Made by a program: the position numbers and the translations under genes. Positions 32,351 through 41,386 of a DNA stretch of 64,000 bases are shown piece after piece (positions within the stretch are counted from its first letter, which is position 1; each line of letters begins with the position of its first letter). The notes below the pieces were generated by a model. That model ran no database searches, had not been told where the DNA came from, and saw only the letters and a list, made by a program, of their open reading frames with translations. Source of the DNA: an uncultured Lentimicrobiaceae bacterium (GTDB lineage: Bacteria; Bacteroidota; Bacteroidia; Bacteroidales; SKPS01); NCBI GenBank assembly GCA_964652685.1, contig CAZZBS010000002.1, positions 57,497 to 121,496 on the forward strand. The letters run 5' to 3'.

Positions 32351-34252
32351 ATGCAATACCGTTCACTGAAAACGTTCGCAGCTTATCTTGAGGGTCGTGG
32401 AGAGCTCAAAAAGGTCACCGTGAAGGTGGATCCGCGACTGGAGGTAACGGAGATAGCGGACCGGATGGTGAAACACAACCGACCGGCTCTCCTTTTTGAA
32501 GACACGGGAACAGAGTTTCCTTTGCTGATCAATGCTTTTGGATCCGATGCCAGGATGGCTGCTGCTCTTGGGGCCCAGTCTCTTGATGATACAGTAAAAG
32601 GACTGGCACAGATGCTTGATCGTTTTACAGGTGCAGGGAAACGGGGGATAGGACGGAAGCTGGCCTTGCTGCCGGATGCATATCGCCTGTCACGATGGAT
32701 GCCTGCGAAGAAGAAAGGACTGGGGCAGTGTCAGCAGGTGGTCATGGCAGAACCCGATTTGTACCGGTTGCCTATCCTCACATGCTGGCCTCATGATGGC
32801 GGCCCTTATATCACCCTTCCCCTGGTTCATACAGCCGATCCGCTGACAGGGCATTCCAATACCGGCATGTACAGGATGCAGGTGTTTGATAAGGTAACTA
32901 CCGGGATGCACTGGCACCTCCACAAAGATGGGGCTTCACATTACAGGAGATTCCGGGAGCTTGGGATCAGGATGCCCGTTACAGTGACCCTCGGTGGTGA
33001 TCCTGTGTACACTTATGCTGCCACAGCACCGCTTCCCTCCTTCATGGATGAATTTATCCTGGCGGGTGTGATACGGAGAAGAGGTGTAAAACTTGTGAAA
33101 TCACTGACCAACGATATCTGGATACCCGAGGATGCAGATATTGTGATCGAAGGGTATGTTGATCCTGTTGAAGAGCTTCGTATGGAAGGACCCTTTGGCG
33201 ATCATACCGGCTTCTATTCTTTGCCCGATCTATATCCGGTTTTTCATGTCACCGCCATCACCCATCGTAAGGATGCAATCTATCCGGCTACCATTGTGGG
33301 AATACCTCCGCAGGAGGATCTATGGCTGGGTAAAGCCACGGAGAAGATATTCCTGCTTCCACTCAGGAAAACGATGATACCGGAACTGATCGCTATACAC
33401 ATGCCGGCAGCGGGGGTTTTCCATAATATCGTCCTGGCTTCCATCCGGAAAACCTATCCCGGTCAGCCCGCAAAGGTGGCCGCTTCACTCTGGAGCGCCG
33501 GACAGATGATGTTTAACAAGATCATTCTTATTTTTGATGAAAACACAGACCTGCAAAATGAAGGGCAGGTCCTGCAAGCTATTGCTGCTTCTGTTGATCC
33601 GGAGCAGGATATCTTTTTCAGTGAAGGCCCGCTTGATGTGCTGGATCATTCTTCAAGGCAGTTTGCCCTTGGCAGCAAGATGGGCGTTGATATAACCCAC
33701 GATCGGAAGTTCCCTTCACCTGTACCTCTGTCATCCGGCTTAAAAACATCCATCTGTTCAGTGCCGGGTGTTGTGAACCTGTCGGATAATCCAGTCACTA
33801 TAGGGGTGCCTCTTATCATGGTGTATGCGGACAAAGGCCGTACAGAAAGTATCAGGGATCTTCACTGCAGTATTACCTCGTTGCTGGATGATAACCTTTC
33901 TGTCAGGTTTGTTTTTTACCTGGATCCGGAAGCGGCTGCACTTCCCCTGTCGGCCTGTCTGTGGCTTGTTGCCGGGAACATCGATCCGCAGCATGACAGC
34001 ATGTTTGAAAAGGGATCCGCAGGATATACCATCATAGGGTTCGATGGAACCAGGAAGACATTCCGGCACGACCGGTTTGAAAGGGCGTGGCCTAATCTGA
34101 CCACCATGAATACAGAAACGATAGCCCTGGTTGACCGCAGATGGAGGGATTACAATCTTGGGTCTTTCATTGAAAGCCCCTCCCTGCCTTATCTTTCTTA
34201 TCAACAAGGGGAGAGCGCTGTGGCAGAACAGGGTGACATCCGTCATCCATAG
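32351..34252 (+). CDS. UbiD-family (prenylated-FMN dependent) decarboxylase, long form (633 aa)
   Basis: The N-terminus LKTFAAYLEGRGELKKVTVKVDPRLEVTEIADRMVK parallels the UbiD N-terminal block. It also contains GMYRMQV and GPFGDHTGFYS. The substrate (likely a menaquinone or quinone precursor) cannot be determined from sequence. Confidence 0.8.
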   Translation: MQYRSLKTFAAYLEGRGELKKVTVKVDPRLEVTEIADRMVKHNRPALLFEDTGTEFPLLINAFGSDARMAAALGAQSLDDTVKGLAQMLDRFTGAGKRGIGRKLALLPDAYRLSRWMPAKKKGLGQCQQVVMAEPDLYRLPILTCWPHDGGPYITLPLVHTADPLTGHSNTGMYRMQVFDKVTTGMHWHLHKDGASHYRRFRELGIRMPVTVTLGGDPVYTYAATAPLPSFMDEFILAGVIRRRGVKLVKSLTNDIWIPEDADIVIEGYVDPVEELRMEGPFGDHTGFYSLPDLYPVFHVTAITHRKDAIYPATIVGIPPQEDLWLGKATEKIFLLPLRKTMIPELIAIHMPAAGVFHNIVLASIRKTYPGQPAKVAASLWSAGQMMFNKIILIFDENTDLQNEGQVLQAIAASVDPEQDIFFSEGPLDVLDHSSRQFALGSKMGVDITHDRKFPSPVPLSSGLKTSICSVPGVVNLSDNPVTIGVPLIMVYADKGRTESIRDLHCSITSLLDDNLSVRFVFYLDPEAAALPLSACLWLVAGNIDPQHDSMFEKGSAGYTIIGFDGTRKTFRHDRFERAWPNLTTMNTETIALVDRRWRDYNLGSFIESPSLPYLSYQQGESAVAEQGDIRHP

Positions 34253-34293
34253 CCGTTGTCTGGGCAAATGGTCTTCGGATGCAGGTGGCCCTA

Positions 34294-35217
34294 TCAGTCC
34301 GGGTTTACAAAACGGTCGATGCTCTCAATAAATTTCAGACAGAGATGTTCCTGAACAACCTCGTCGTGGTTTTTGCCAATGATCAGTTCAATGGTATTTT
34401 TTGGCATTGAACTGTTCCGAACCTGGTAAAACTCCGGCCGGTGGATGAAGATCACCGTGTTGGAAGCTGTCAGCAGGTAGGGTGGCAGCTCCTGGAGGGA
34501 GGGGAGCAGTCTGCCGTTGACCATTCCCGGTGTGGCTGGGAGTTCTGTGAAGCATACAACCGGTACATCCAGATCCCTGGCTGCATACTTGAGGGTCAGG
34601 ATCAGTTCTTCTGTCTCTGCATAACGGCGCTCAGGATCCTGAATATGGGAAGCATAGCTTTCAGGGCTATCGACAAAAATGATGTCAGCAATATGTTTGT
34701 TTCTTACCTGGTGACAGCGTAACAGCATTTCGGTGGCATCCAGTACAACAGAATCATCAATGAAAATACCGGCTGATGCAATATGCCGGATTTGGGAGAT
34801 GAGGTGTGCCTTGTCTGTTTCCTTTTGTAATCCATTCCTGATCTGACTAATCGAGTGACTTGTGTTGCTCTCGATGAGCCGGCTGATGATCTTCACCCCC
34901 GATCGACGGGGTGAAAACAGGGCTACCTTCCGGTCCAGTGACAAGGCAAGGTTCTGTACCAGGGACAGTAGAAAAGCGGTCTTACCGTTTCCCGGTCTAG
35001 TACCGACTGTGATCAGCTCTCCCCGTTTGAAGCCTTTTGTGATAATATCGATGTTCTCAAATCCAGATGGGATGTTCGGCTCTTCATACGCCGAATAATG
35101 CTTTTTAATATGCGGGTAATTCAGTGTCTGGTTGACCAACTCTCCGGCAGTGAAAAAACCAGACACTGCCAACGGCTCTGTGATGCCAGGCGTCTCTTTG
35201 ATCATCATTGATATCAA
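34294..35217 (-). CDS. DnaB C-terminal (RecA-fold) domain protein lacking the DnaB N-terminal domain, with degenerate catalytic motifs
   Basis: It aligns by eye to the DnaB C-terminal domain: GELITVGTRPGNGKTAFLLSLVQNLA (Walker A retained), IFIDDS, DLDVPVVCFTEL, and VIFIHRPEFY versus DnaB LIMFIYRDEVY. However, SLEM becomes SPRR, SQLNR becomes TELPA, and DLRESGSIEQDAD becomes SLQELPPYLLTASN. Confidence 0.7.
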   Translation of the reverse strand: MISMMIKETPGITEPLAVSGFFTAGELVNQTLNYPHIKKHYSAYEEPNIPSGFENIDIITKGFKRGELITVGTRPGNGKTAFLLSLVQNLALSLDRKVALFSPRRSGVKIISRLIESNTSHSISQIRNGLQKETDKAHLISQIRHIASAGIFIDDSVVLDATEMLLRCHQVRNKHIADIIFVDSPESYASHIQDPERRYAETEELILTLKYAARDLDVPVVCFTELPATPGMVNGRLLPSLQELPPYLLTASNTVIFIHRPEFYQVRNSSMPKNTIELIIGKNHDEVVQEHLCLKFIESIDRFVNPD

Positions 35218-35292
35218 TTGGTTTTACATCCTTTTATTCAGGATCAAAAATACGAAATAATAAGCAATTCTGTTCCTGTTTATTGTGAAATC

Positions 35293-35970
35293 TCATTTCC
35301 TGCCGTTGCCTGTGACAACCTTCCCCTCTGTATAGATGATCTGCTCTATCAACTCTCCCTCCGGTGACCAGATGCGCTCCCGGCCATGCTTGAGATTATT
35401 CCGGTAGGAAACCTCCCGGCTGATCCTGCCGTTCTTGTGATAACCTGTCATAACTCCGCTGCCTTCCGTAAAGGTGGCTTCACCGGCCTTCATCCCCTGT
35501 TCATCGAAATACTCCCATTTACCGTCATACAGACCTTCTTTGTATCGGCCTGAAATTTTCAATGCACCGGTCTCCCAGTAAACTTTGTACATGCCGTGCA
35601 ACACACCCTCCCTGTAATTTTTTTCTTCGGAGAGTGTCCCGTTGATGAGGTATCTCCTGCAGTTGCCATCCAGCATGTTGTTGCGGTAATGTTCCTCATA
35701 CTCAATATTCCCGTTATAATACCATCTGGTGACTTTACCATTCAGTTCATCATCTGTGTAAGGATATACGATCTCAACCCTGCCGTCTGTGAAGTAATAG
35801 GTTGAATTTCCATTTTTCATGTTGCCTTTATAGGATATTTCATACATCAGCTTTCCGTTATCATGGTAAGCCCGTTCGGTTCGTTTCCGCTGACATGAGG
35901 AGGTAAGAATTACGGGAAATCCGGTCAAGGTAATAATGAACACGATGAATAAAGGTACTTGCTTTTTCAT
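35293..35970 (-). CDS. MORN-variant repeat / YwqK-family lipoprotein (225 aa)
   Basis: It has a signal peptide plus lipobox (LTSSC), followed by at least 7 repeats of the Yx(N/D)GxxxxExxYxxGxxxG type (for example YHDNGKLMYEISYKGNMKNG, YWETGALKISGRYKEGLYDG). Confidence 0.8.
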   Translation of the reverse strand: MKKQVPLFIVFIITLTGFPVILTSSCQRKRTERAYHDNGKLMYEISYKGNMKNGNSTYYFTDGRVEIVYPYTDDELNGKVTRWYYNGNIEYEEHYRNNMLDGNCRRYLINGTLSEEKNYREGVLHGMYKVYWETGALKISGRYKEGLYDGKWEYFDEQGMKAGEATFTEGSGVMTGYHKNGRISREVSYRNNLKHGRERIWSPEGELIEQIIYTEGKVVTGNGRK

Positions 35971-35991
35971 GCCGGGTAATAAATCATGGAT

Positions 35992-37878
35992 TCATCTGGA
36001 TATAATAAGCATCAGGCGCAATGATTCCAGGTTAAAGTTGTCCCTTGCCGGATTCCAGAAATAGACATGGAGGAGGTCATTTCTTTTAAAACCGGCAGGC
36101 AGGCTTGCCGTAAAGAAATAACGGCCATCGGTATACTTCCAGTCAGAAAGTTGCAGTCCGTTCCACGAAAGGGTTTTGTTTGATTTCTTTGAGGAGGTTG
36201 TAAAGACAAGTTGCAGTTCTTTCAGCGCTGTTGTCTCCTGGCCTTTGAATTCGCAGTGTACGAGGATGTTTTTTTTACCCGGTTTCACTGGTAAAGCCTT
36301 TTCAAATACCGGCAGGAATTCATCCTGGGCTGACAGGCTCATGGGATGCTCCAATGTACGCATGTCAGCAAGTACAAGGGTGTCGAATGGATAGTGGATT
36401 TCGGTGTTGCCAGGGTATTTCCCAAAGCGGAAAAATTCACCCTGCCCTCCGTAATCTCTGTAACGCAGAAGGTGAGGATAATGGAATCTCAGAATGGATG
36501 GGATCATGGGGTCAGCCGGCCTGAGCCATGCATAGGCGATCACCGGGGCTGAAAGGGTGTCAAGTGCCCGGTGGAGTGCGGTTGCCTCTGCTGAACCGGT
36601 TATGGAATAAAACAATGGTTCAGGTATTTTACATTCCTTTTCAAGGTAATAGCGGATATACCATGGATCATTTACATGCACTGCCCAGGCAGAACTTTTC
36701 TCTTCCTTCAGGGTTTGACAGATCTCCCCGGATGTTTTTTTGAAATCACCATAATGATCTTTCGTAAAATACCTGGCTCCCAGGATCAGATGCAGGAGCA
36801 GGATAATCGGGAAAATGGATGCCAGGGAAAGGGTAAGGTGACTCCTGTCATTCCGGAAGCCGGCAAAAAGAAACATAAGCAGGAAAGGGAATGCAAAAAG
36901 CAGGATAGAATGCTGCAGGATCGGGTTGATGAAGATAGAGTAGAGATAGGCGAAAGCAAGGGGTATGAAGTACCACAGTGCTGTGATCAGCATAAATTTC
37001 CTTTTATCACGATGTTGCTGCAGGCGGGTGGTTCTGACAAGGAAAGGTATCGAAAACAACAGGACTAAGATAGCCAACCACCATGATCCGTTAAAGAGGT
37101 ACAGCAGGTGATCGCCCAACCATAAAGCATTGGGTGGAGGCAGCCAGAGCGATAGCCCTCCGCGGCTTACCTGGGTTATGGTGATCGATATATGGGGTGA
37201 AAAAAGGATCACCGCCCCGAGGCCAGACAGCAGATAGGGGAGGAGGGTCTTTCTCCGTAAAAAGAACAATCCGGTAATGCCGATCATACCGGCCATGAAG
37301 AAGCTGAAATAATGGTTGTACATTGCTAGGGCAAATGACACGGCCATACCGGCACTATGCAGAAAGCGGCTCCTCGGGGTGGATCCGGTTGAGAACAACA
37401 GCCTCTCCCAGAAGAGTGTCCCTGCAAGGATGAACAGCAGCCCGGTGCTGTAAGGCCTGGCCAGCTGGCTGTATAAGAGCGGAAATTGAAGTAAGGCCAG
37501 AGCTGATGCTGCAAACCAGGCAGTGCTTCTCCCGAACCATCGGTTGGCAAGCAGGAACAGCAGCCATACCGACAGAACACCGGCAACTACAAATGGAAGC
37601 CTGATCCAGAAAGGTGTTGTACCGGCAAGATCTGACCAGTAATACAGAAAAACCTGGACAAAGGCGGGATGCGCATCCACCCGTACTGCATGTTCAATAA
37701 GAGCTTGAAATCCCTCAAAACGGAGCCGGTACAGTGCGCTGAGCTCATCATTGAAATAAGAGCGTTCAGCAAGGCCGGCCAGCCGGAGAATGAGGGCAAC
37801 AACCAGGAGGAGTACGACGGGAATATATTCCTTCAGGAAGGGCTTTTTATGATTAGGTATGTCCATGCTGTCATCCAT
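35992..37878 (-). CDS. Family 39/83-type (ArnT/PMT-like) membrane glycosyltransferase (628 aa)
   Basis: More than 10 hydrophobic helices occupy the N-terminal 370 aa. An early loop carries an acidic motif (YFNDELSALYR), as in GT-C enzymes. A C-terminal soluble domain of about 250 aa follows. Confidence 0.7.
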   Translation of the reverse strand: MDDSMDIPNHKKPFLKEYIPVVLLLVVALILRLAGLAERSYFNDELSALYRLRFEGFQALIEHAVRVDAHPAFVQVFLYYWSDLAGTTPFWIRLPFVVAGVLSVWLLFLLANRWFGRSTAWFAASALALLQFPLLYSQLARPYSTGLLFILAGTLFWERLLFSTGSTPRSRFLHSAGMAVSFALAMYNHYFSFFMAGMIGITGLFFLRRKTLLPYLLSGLGAVILFSPHISITITQVSRGGLSLWLPPPNALWLGDHLLYLFNGSWWLAILVLLFSIPFLVRTTRLQQHRDKRKFMLITALWYFIPLAFAYLYSIFINPILQHSILLFAFPFLLMFLFAGFRNDRSHLTLSLASIFPIILLLHLILGARYFTKDHYGDFKKTSGEICQTLKEEKSSAWAVHVNDPWYIRYYLEKECKIPEPLFYSITGSAEATALHRALDTLSAPVIAYAWLRPADPMIPSILRFHYPHLLRYRDYGGQGEFFRFGKYPGNTEIHYPFDTLVLADMRTLEHPMSLSAQDEFLPVFEKALPVKPGKKNILVHCEFKGQETTALKELQLVFTTSSKKSNKTLSWNGLQLSDWKYTDGRYFFTASLPAGFKRNDLLHVYFWNPARDNFNLESLRLMLIISR

Positions 37879-37901
37879 GGCAATGCGAGATGAATCTGGT
37901 T

Positions 37902-38678
37902 TTATTTTCCGGCCGTTAAGGGGTTTCTTTGTCTGGCCGCTTCAAAAAGGATAATACCTGCAGCTACGGAAACATTCAGTGAACCGATGCCACCGTATTG
38001 GGGGATCCTAACCTGATGATGGCTCATTTTGAGCAATGGTGCAGCGATCCCGGTCTCCTCCGATCCCATCACCAGGCATAACGGGCCGGTCAGAGGGGCT
38101 TGGTAATACAACTCTTTCCCTTTTTCCGTAACGGATACCAGCGTCAATCCCATTTCCATTAAGGATACGGCACTTCTAAAGATATTCGGGGTTCTGCATA
38201 CAGGTACTTTTAACAAGGCACCGGCAGAGGTTTTTATAGCTTCCGCATTGATCCGTGCCCCTCCTTTCTCAGGGATCACGATGGCATCGATCCCTGCACA
38301 TTCAGCCGTCCGCGCGATAGCGCCAAAATTCCTGATGTCTGTAACGTGGTCGAGCAGAAGGATGAAAGGATCTTTCCCTGCCCGGAAAACAGTTTCAATC
38401 ACTGTATCCAGTAACTGGTATTCAACAAGGGAAATCAGCGCCACTACTCCCTGGTGGTTTTTGCGGGTGTAACGGTTCAGTTTTTCTTCAGGAACATACT
38501 GAAAAGGGATATGGTGGCGACGGAGGAGGTCAAACAGTTCCCTGAACCCTTCCCCCCGGTTCTCCTTGCGGATGAAGACCTTGTCAATGATACGCCCGGC
38601 TGCGACTGCCTCAGCAACAGGCCGGATACCATACATGAATTCTTCGTTACGTATGTTTGCGTCCATTAACGTCTCCAA
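37902..38678 (-). CDS. rlmB: 23S rRNA (guanosine-2'-O)-methyltransferase RlmB (SpoU/TrmH family). The start is uncertain; M at 38636 is also possible.
   Basis: It has an N-terminal SpoU substrate-binding block (YGIRPVAEAVAAGRIIDKVFI) and SPOUT motifs (NFGAIARTAECAG, LVMGSEETGI, IPQYGGIGSLNVSVAAGI). Confidence 0.88.
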   Translation of the reverse strand: METLMDANIRNEEFMYGIRPVAEAVAAGRIIDKVFIRKENRGEGFRELFDLLRRHHIPFQYVPEEKLNRYTRKNHQGVVALISLVEYQLLDTVIETVFRAGKDPFILLLDHVTDIRNFGAIARTAECAGIDAIVIPEKGGARINAEAIKTSAGALLKVPVCRTPNIFRSAVSLMEMGLTLVSVTEKGKELYYQAPLTGPLCLVMGSEETGIAAPLLKMSHHQVRIPQYGGIGSLNVSVAAGIILFEAARQRNPLTAGK

Positions 38679-39925
38679 CTGTTTACCATCTGATACCAGC
38701 TTGTTTTGTAGCTGGTGGCCCTGTCAAGCAGATAATCATTGTCTGTGAAAGGATTGTTCATTTTTATGAAGATGAAGGTCAGGGATAACAGATGACGTGA
38801 TTCCCCGTAAGTCCAGACCTCGGCAGTTTCAGTCCGCTGAACCAGGTTGGGCGGCCCGTACATGATATAAATCATCCCTCTGTCGGTCTTCCAACCATCC
38901 TGATAGGATGAGAAAAGATAATTGGCTTTTTCGATTCTCCGGTAATATTCTTTGATCAGTTTTTTTGCCCTCAGTTCATTGCCTGCATGCTGGATCCAGA
39001 AGCGGTCCACGGCCTCTTTCAGGTCAGGCGCTTTGGCAATGGCATCGTATTCTTTTGTGGTGGTGATGTATCGTAATGGGGAAACCATCTGGGCCGATTG
39101 GTTGATCCAGGGAAAAGATACACTTCTGGCAAACAGGGTATATCCTGTCCGGCTGGTCGTGTCAGTCGTGATGTGATAGATCCCGGGTTTGGAAAACTGC
39201 AATGATGGGGTCTTACCTTCGGTGAAGGGTATGCTGAAGAGTGAATCAGCGGCATAATCGAAATACTGCACCGGTACAGTGGTAAAGGGGGGCATGGCGA
39301 CAGGGAATGAATCGGTATAATACCGCACGGTGACAGACTGATCGGTAATGATGCTGCTGATGATGCGATATTGTTTGTCAGTGCTTATGTGAATGGTATT
39401 GACAGGATCTCCTGCATGGTCGAGCAGCAGATAGTGGTACCGTCCGGGAGGCCAGGAGGGGATCAAATGGAAATATTGTTCATTGACATCCCCCGTCTTC
39501 AGGTCTTCGAGCTTAAGATACAGCATTTTCCCCTCAGGATTGCCGGTATAGATATCTGTCGTAATGTTTTCTTCCATCCCGGCATCAGGTCTTTGCAGAT
39601 AAAAATAGAAAGTAGCGCTGTCATTCCCGGTGTAATTCCCTTTGGCATCCATCATCCGGTAATGCAACCTGAAAACACGCATGCTGTCCATTCCCTTTTC
39701 TGCCGGGGGCTGATACCGGACAGGGATGGATGCACTCAACCGGAGAGAATCGGTGGTAAACTGGTAAAGGGAATAGAAAGGCAGGGGGGTATGATCGGTG
39801 ATGGTGTAAGCACCCGAGAGGTTCTGATGTTCCATTCTCCGGGAAGGATAACAGGAAAAAAGCGAGGCATGCAGAACAAACAGGACAACATATACTAGCT
39901 TATTCTTCATCATCTGGATTTTCAT
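38666..39925 (-). CDS. GWxTD domain lipoprotein (419 aa; a start at M5/M6 is also possible)
   Basis: A lipoprotein signal (VVLFVLHASLFSC) and the GWxTD signature GWKTDRGMIYIMYGPP near the C-terminus. Confidence 0.8.
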   Translation of the reverse strand: MKIQMMKNKLVYVVLFVLHASLFSCYPSRRMEHQNLSGAYTITDHTPLPFYSLYQFTTDSLRLSASIPVRYQPPAEKGMDSMRVFRLHYRMMDAKGNYTGNDSATFYFYLQRPDAGMEENITTDIYTGNPEGKMLYLKLEDLKTGDVNEQYFHLIPSWPPGRYHYLLLDHAGDPVNTIHISTDKQYRIISSIITDQSVTVRYYTDSFPVAMPPFTTVPVQYFDYAADSLFSIPFTEGKTPSLQFSKPGIYHITTDTTSRTGYTLFARSVSFPWINQSAQMVSPLRYITTTKEYDAIAKAPDLKEAVDRFWIQHAGNELRAKKLIKEYYRRIEKANYLFSSYQDGWKTDRGMIYIMYGPPNLVQRTETAEVWTYGESRHLLSLTFIFIKMNNPFTDNDYLLDRATSYKTSWYQMVNSWRR

Positions 39926-40082
39926 CGGCCTTTTTCACGGTTCCGGAGGTCTCTTTCAGTTTCTCCAACAGTTCAAGATGTTTTTTCAGAGGGACAGACT
40001 TTGCATCGTAGTATTGTCGTGTCAGGTACCATGCAATGGCCAGTCCCGCAAAACAACCGGCAAGGAAATATACAGCCGGCAT
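39900..40082 (-). CDS. Tiny single-pass membrane protein with a charged tail (60 aa)
   Basis: It starts MPAVYFLAGCFAGLAIAWYL (TM helix) and continues with a K/E-rich tail. It is wedged between the propeller stop (6-nt gap) and the GWxTD start (overlap). Confidence 0.5.
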   Translation of the reverse strand: MPAVYFLAGCFAGLAIAWYLTRQYYDAKSVPLKKHLELLEKLKETSGTVKKADENPDDEE

Positions 40083-40088
40083 GGCAGT

Positions 40089-41246
40089 CTATTTAAGGTA
40101 AATCACCCAGAAATCGCGTTTCCCCTCACCGTCCGAACGGGTGTATCCGCAAACGGCGCATTCGTTACTGCCAGTGGCAATTACGGCATAGGCCCGGTCT
40201 TCATCGGGTCCGCCAAAGGTTTCCTGCCATAGTTGTTTTCCGGTTTTGTCGAATTTCATCAACCAGAAATCATAACTACCTTCGCCATAAGAGGTCGTGT
40301 ATCCGGATACAATCGTTCCCCCGTCGGTGGTTTCACAGGCGCCGGTTGCTGATTCATCCTTAGCGGTACCATAGGTTCTTTCCCAGTCGTCCCAGCTTTC
40401 TGGTGTAAACTGAACTACCCAGTAGTCGGCATATCTTTCCCCCTTGGGCTGAGTGCTCCCGGAGAAAACATATTCACCGGTGCTCTTCAGTAACAAGTGA
40501 TTTCCCAGGTCTTTATTAATACTTCCGTAATTCTTCCTCCACTCCCGTCGTCCCTCTTTGTTGATCTTGATCATCCACAGGTCGCTCTCTCCGTTCGCAT
40601 TGGAGAAAGTCGTCCCGCCAATGATCAGGCTGCTGTCCTTCGGGTGCTCTGTAATTGAATTGCCCAGGTCGGCACCTCTTCCACCTTCGCTTTTCCGCCA
40701 TATCCTCCCCCCCTTGGTGTCAATCTTCAGGATCCAGATATCAAAATTGCCTGAACCTATCGATTTCGTCGATCCTACTATGGCATAGTTGCCATCAAAG
40801 GTTTGTATAAGGTCATTGCCGACATCATGTTTGGAGCCACCATAAATCCCTTCCCAAAGCTTGTTCCCCATACTGTCTGTCTTCACAAAGAAAATATCCC
40901 TCTTCCCTTTTCCTTTCGAAGTTGTTGACCCTACAATGGCATATCCGTTGTCACTGGTCTGGATGATAGCATTGGCCACCTCATCCCCTTTTTCACCATA
41001 CGTCTTGTCCCATTCGAGCTTCCCCTGGGGGTCAAGTTTGATCACCCATGCATCTTTGCCACCAAATCCTTTTGATTCGGTCATTCCGCAGATGACAAAA
41101 CCGCCATCGTGCGTGCGGATTATATCGTATGCCTCATCGTTGTTTGGGCCACCGAATGTCTGTGCCCATAAAATTTGGGGTGACTGTGCCCATAACGCCG
41201 TTGACAAAACAAGCAGACAAATGAACAAGAGTATGTTTTTTTTCAT
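40089..41246 (-). CDS. Secreted 7-bladed beta-propeller-like repeat protein (385 aa)
   Basis: Signal peptide MKKNILLFICLLVLSTALWAQ, followed by seven consecutive repeats of about 50 aa. Each repeat begins W-(x)3-(Y/F/E)-G-(G/x), contains DGG/DNG-(F/Y)-x-I-x-G, and ends D-x-W-(V/I/L)-(I/M/V)-K. Confidence 0.75.
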   Translation of the reverse strand: MKKNILLFICLLVLSTALWAQSPQILWAQTFGGPNNDEAYDIIRTHDGGFVICGMTESKGFGGKDAWVIKLDPQGKLEWDKTYGEKGDEVANAIIQTSDNGYAIVGSTTSKGKGKRDIFFVKTDSMGNKLWEGIYGGSKHDVGNDLIQTFDGNYAIVGSTKSIGSGNFDIWILKIDTKGGRIWRKSEGGRGADLGNSITEHPKDSSLIIGGTTFSNANGESDLWMIKINKEGRREWRKNYGSINKDLGNHLLLKSTGEYVFSGSTQPKGERYADYWVVQFTPESWDDWERTYGTAKDESATGACETTDGGTIVSGYTTSYGEGSYDFWLMKFDKTGKQLWQETFGGPDEDRAYAVIATGSNECAVCGYTRSDGEGKRDFWVIYLK

Positions 41247-41321
41247 GCTGGTGATATTTTGAGGGATTGATATTCAGATTGAAACAATCCTGTTCAGTAG
41301 GTTTCGGTAAACTTCCCGTAA

Positions 41322-41329
41322 CAAACATA
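41322..41329 (-). promoter_or_regulatory. -7 box TATGTTTG upstream of the propeller gene
   Basis: The minus strand reads TATGTTTG, an exact TAnnTTTG match, 76 nt upstream of the ATG at 41246. Confidence 0.4.
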
Positions 41330-41386
41330 CATGAAATTTGGCAGAATAGTATCTGAAAGGATGAAAAAAGTTTATCGGGACAGATT

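Noticed and set aside
35293-35970. A YwqK-family protein as the antitoxin or immunity component of a toxin-antitoxin or polymorphic-toxin pair.
   Set aside because: It has a lipoprotein signal peptide, and there is no adjacent LXG, YwqJ-like or other toxin gene. MORN-variant repeat lipoproteins seem to be common stand-alone proteins in Bacteroidota, as far as I recall.
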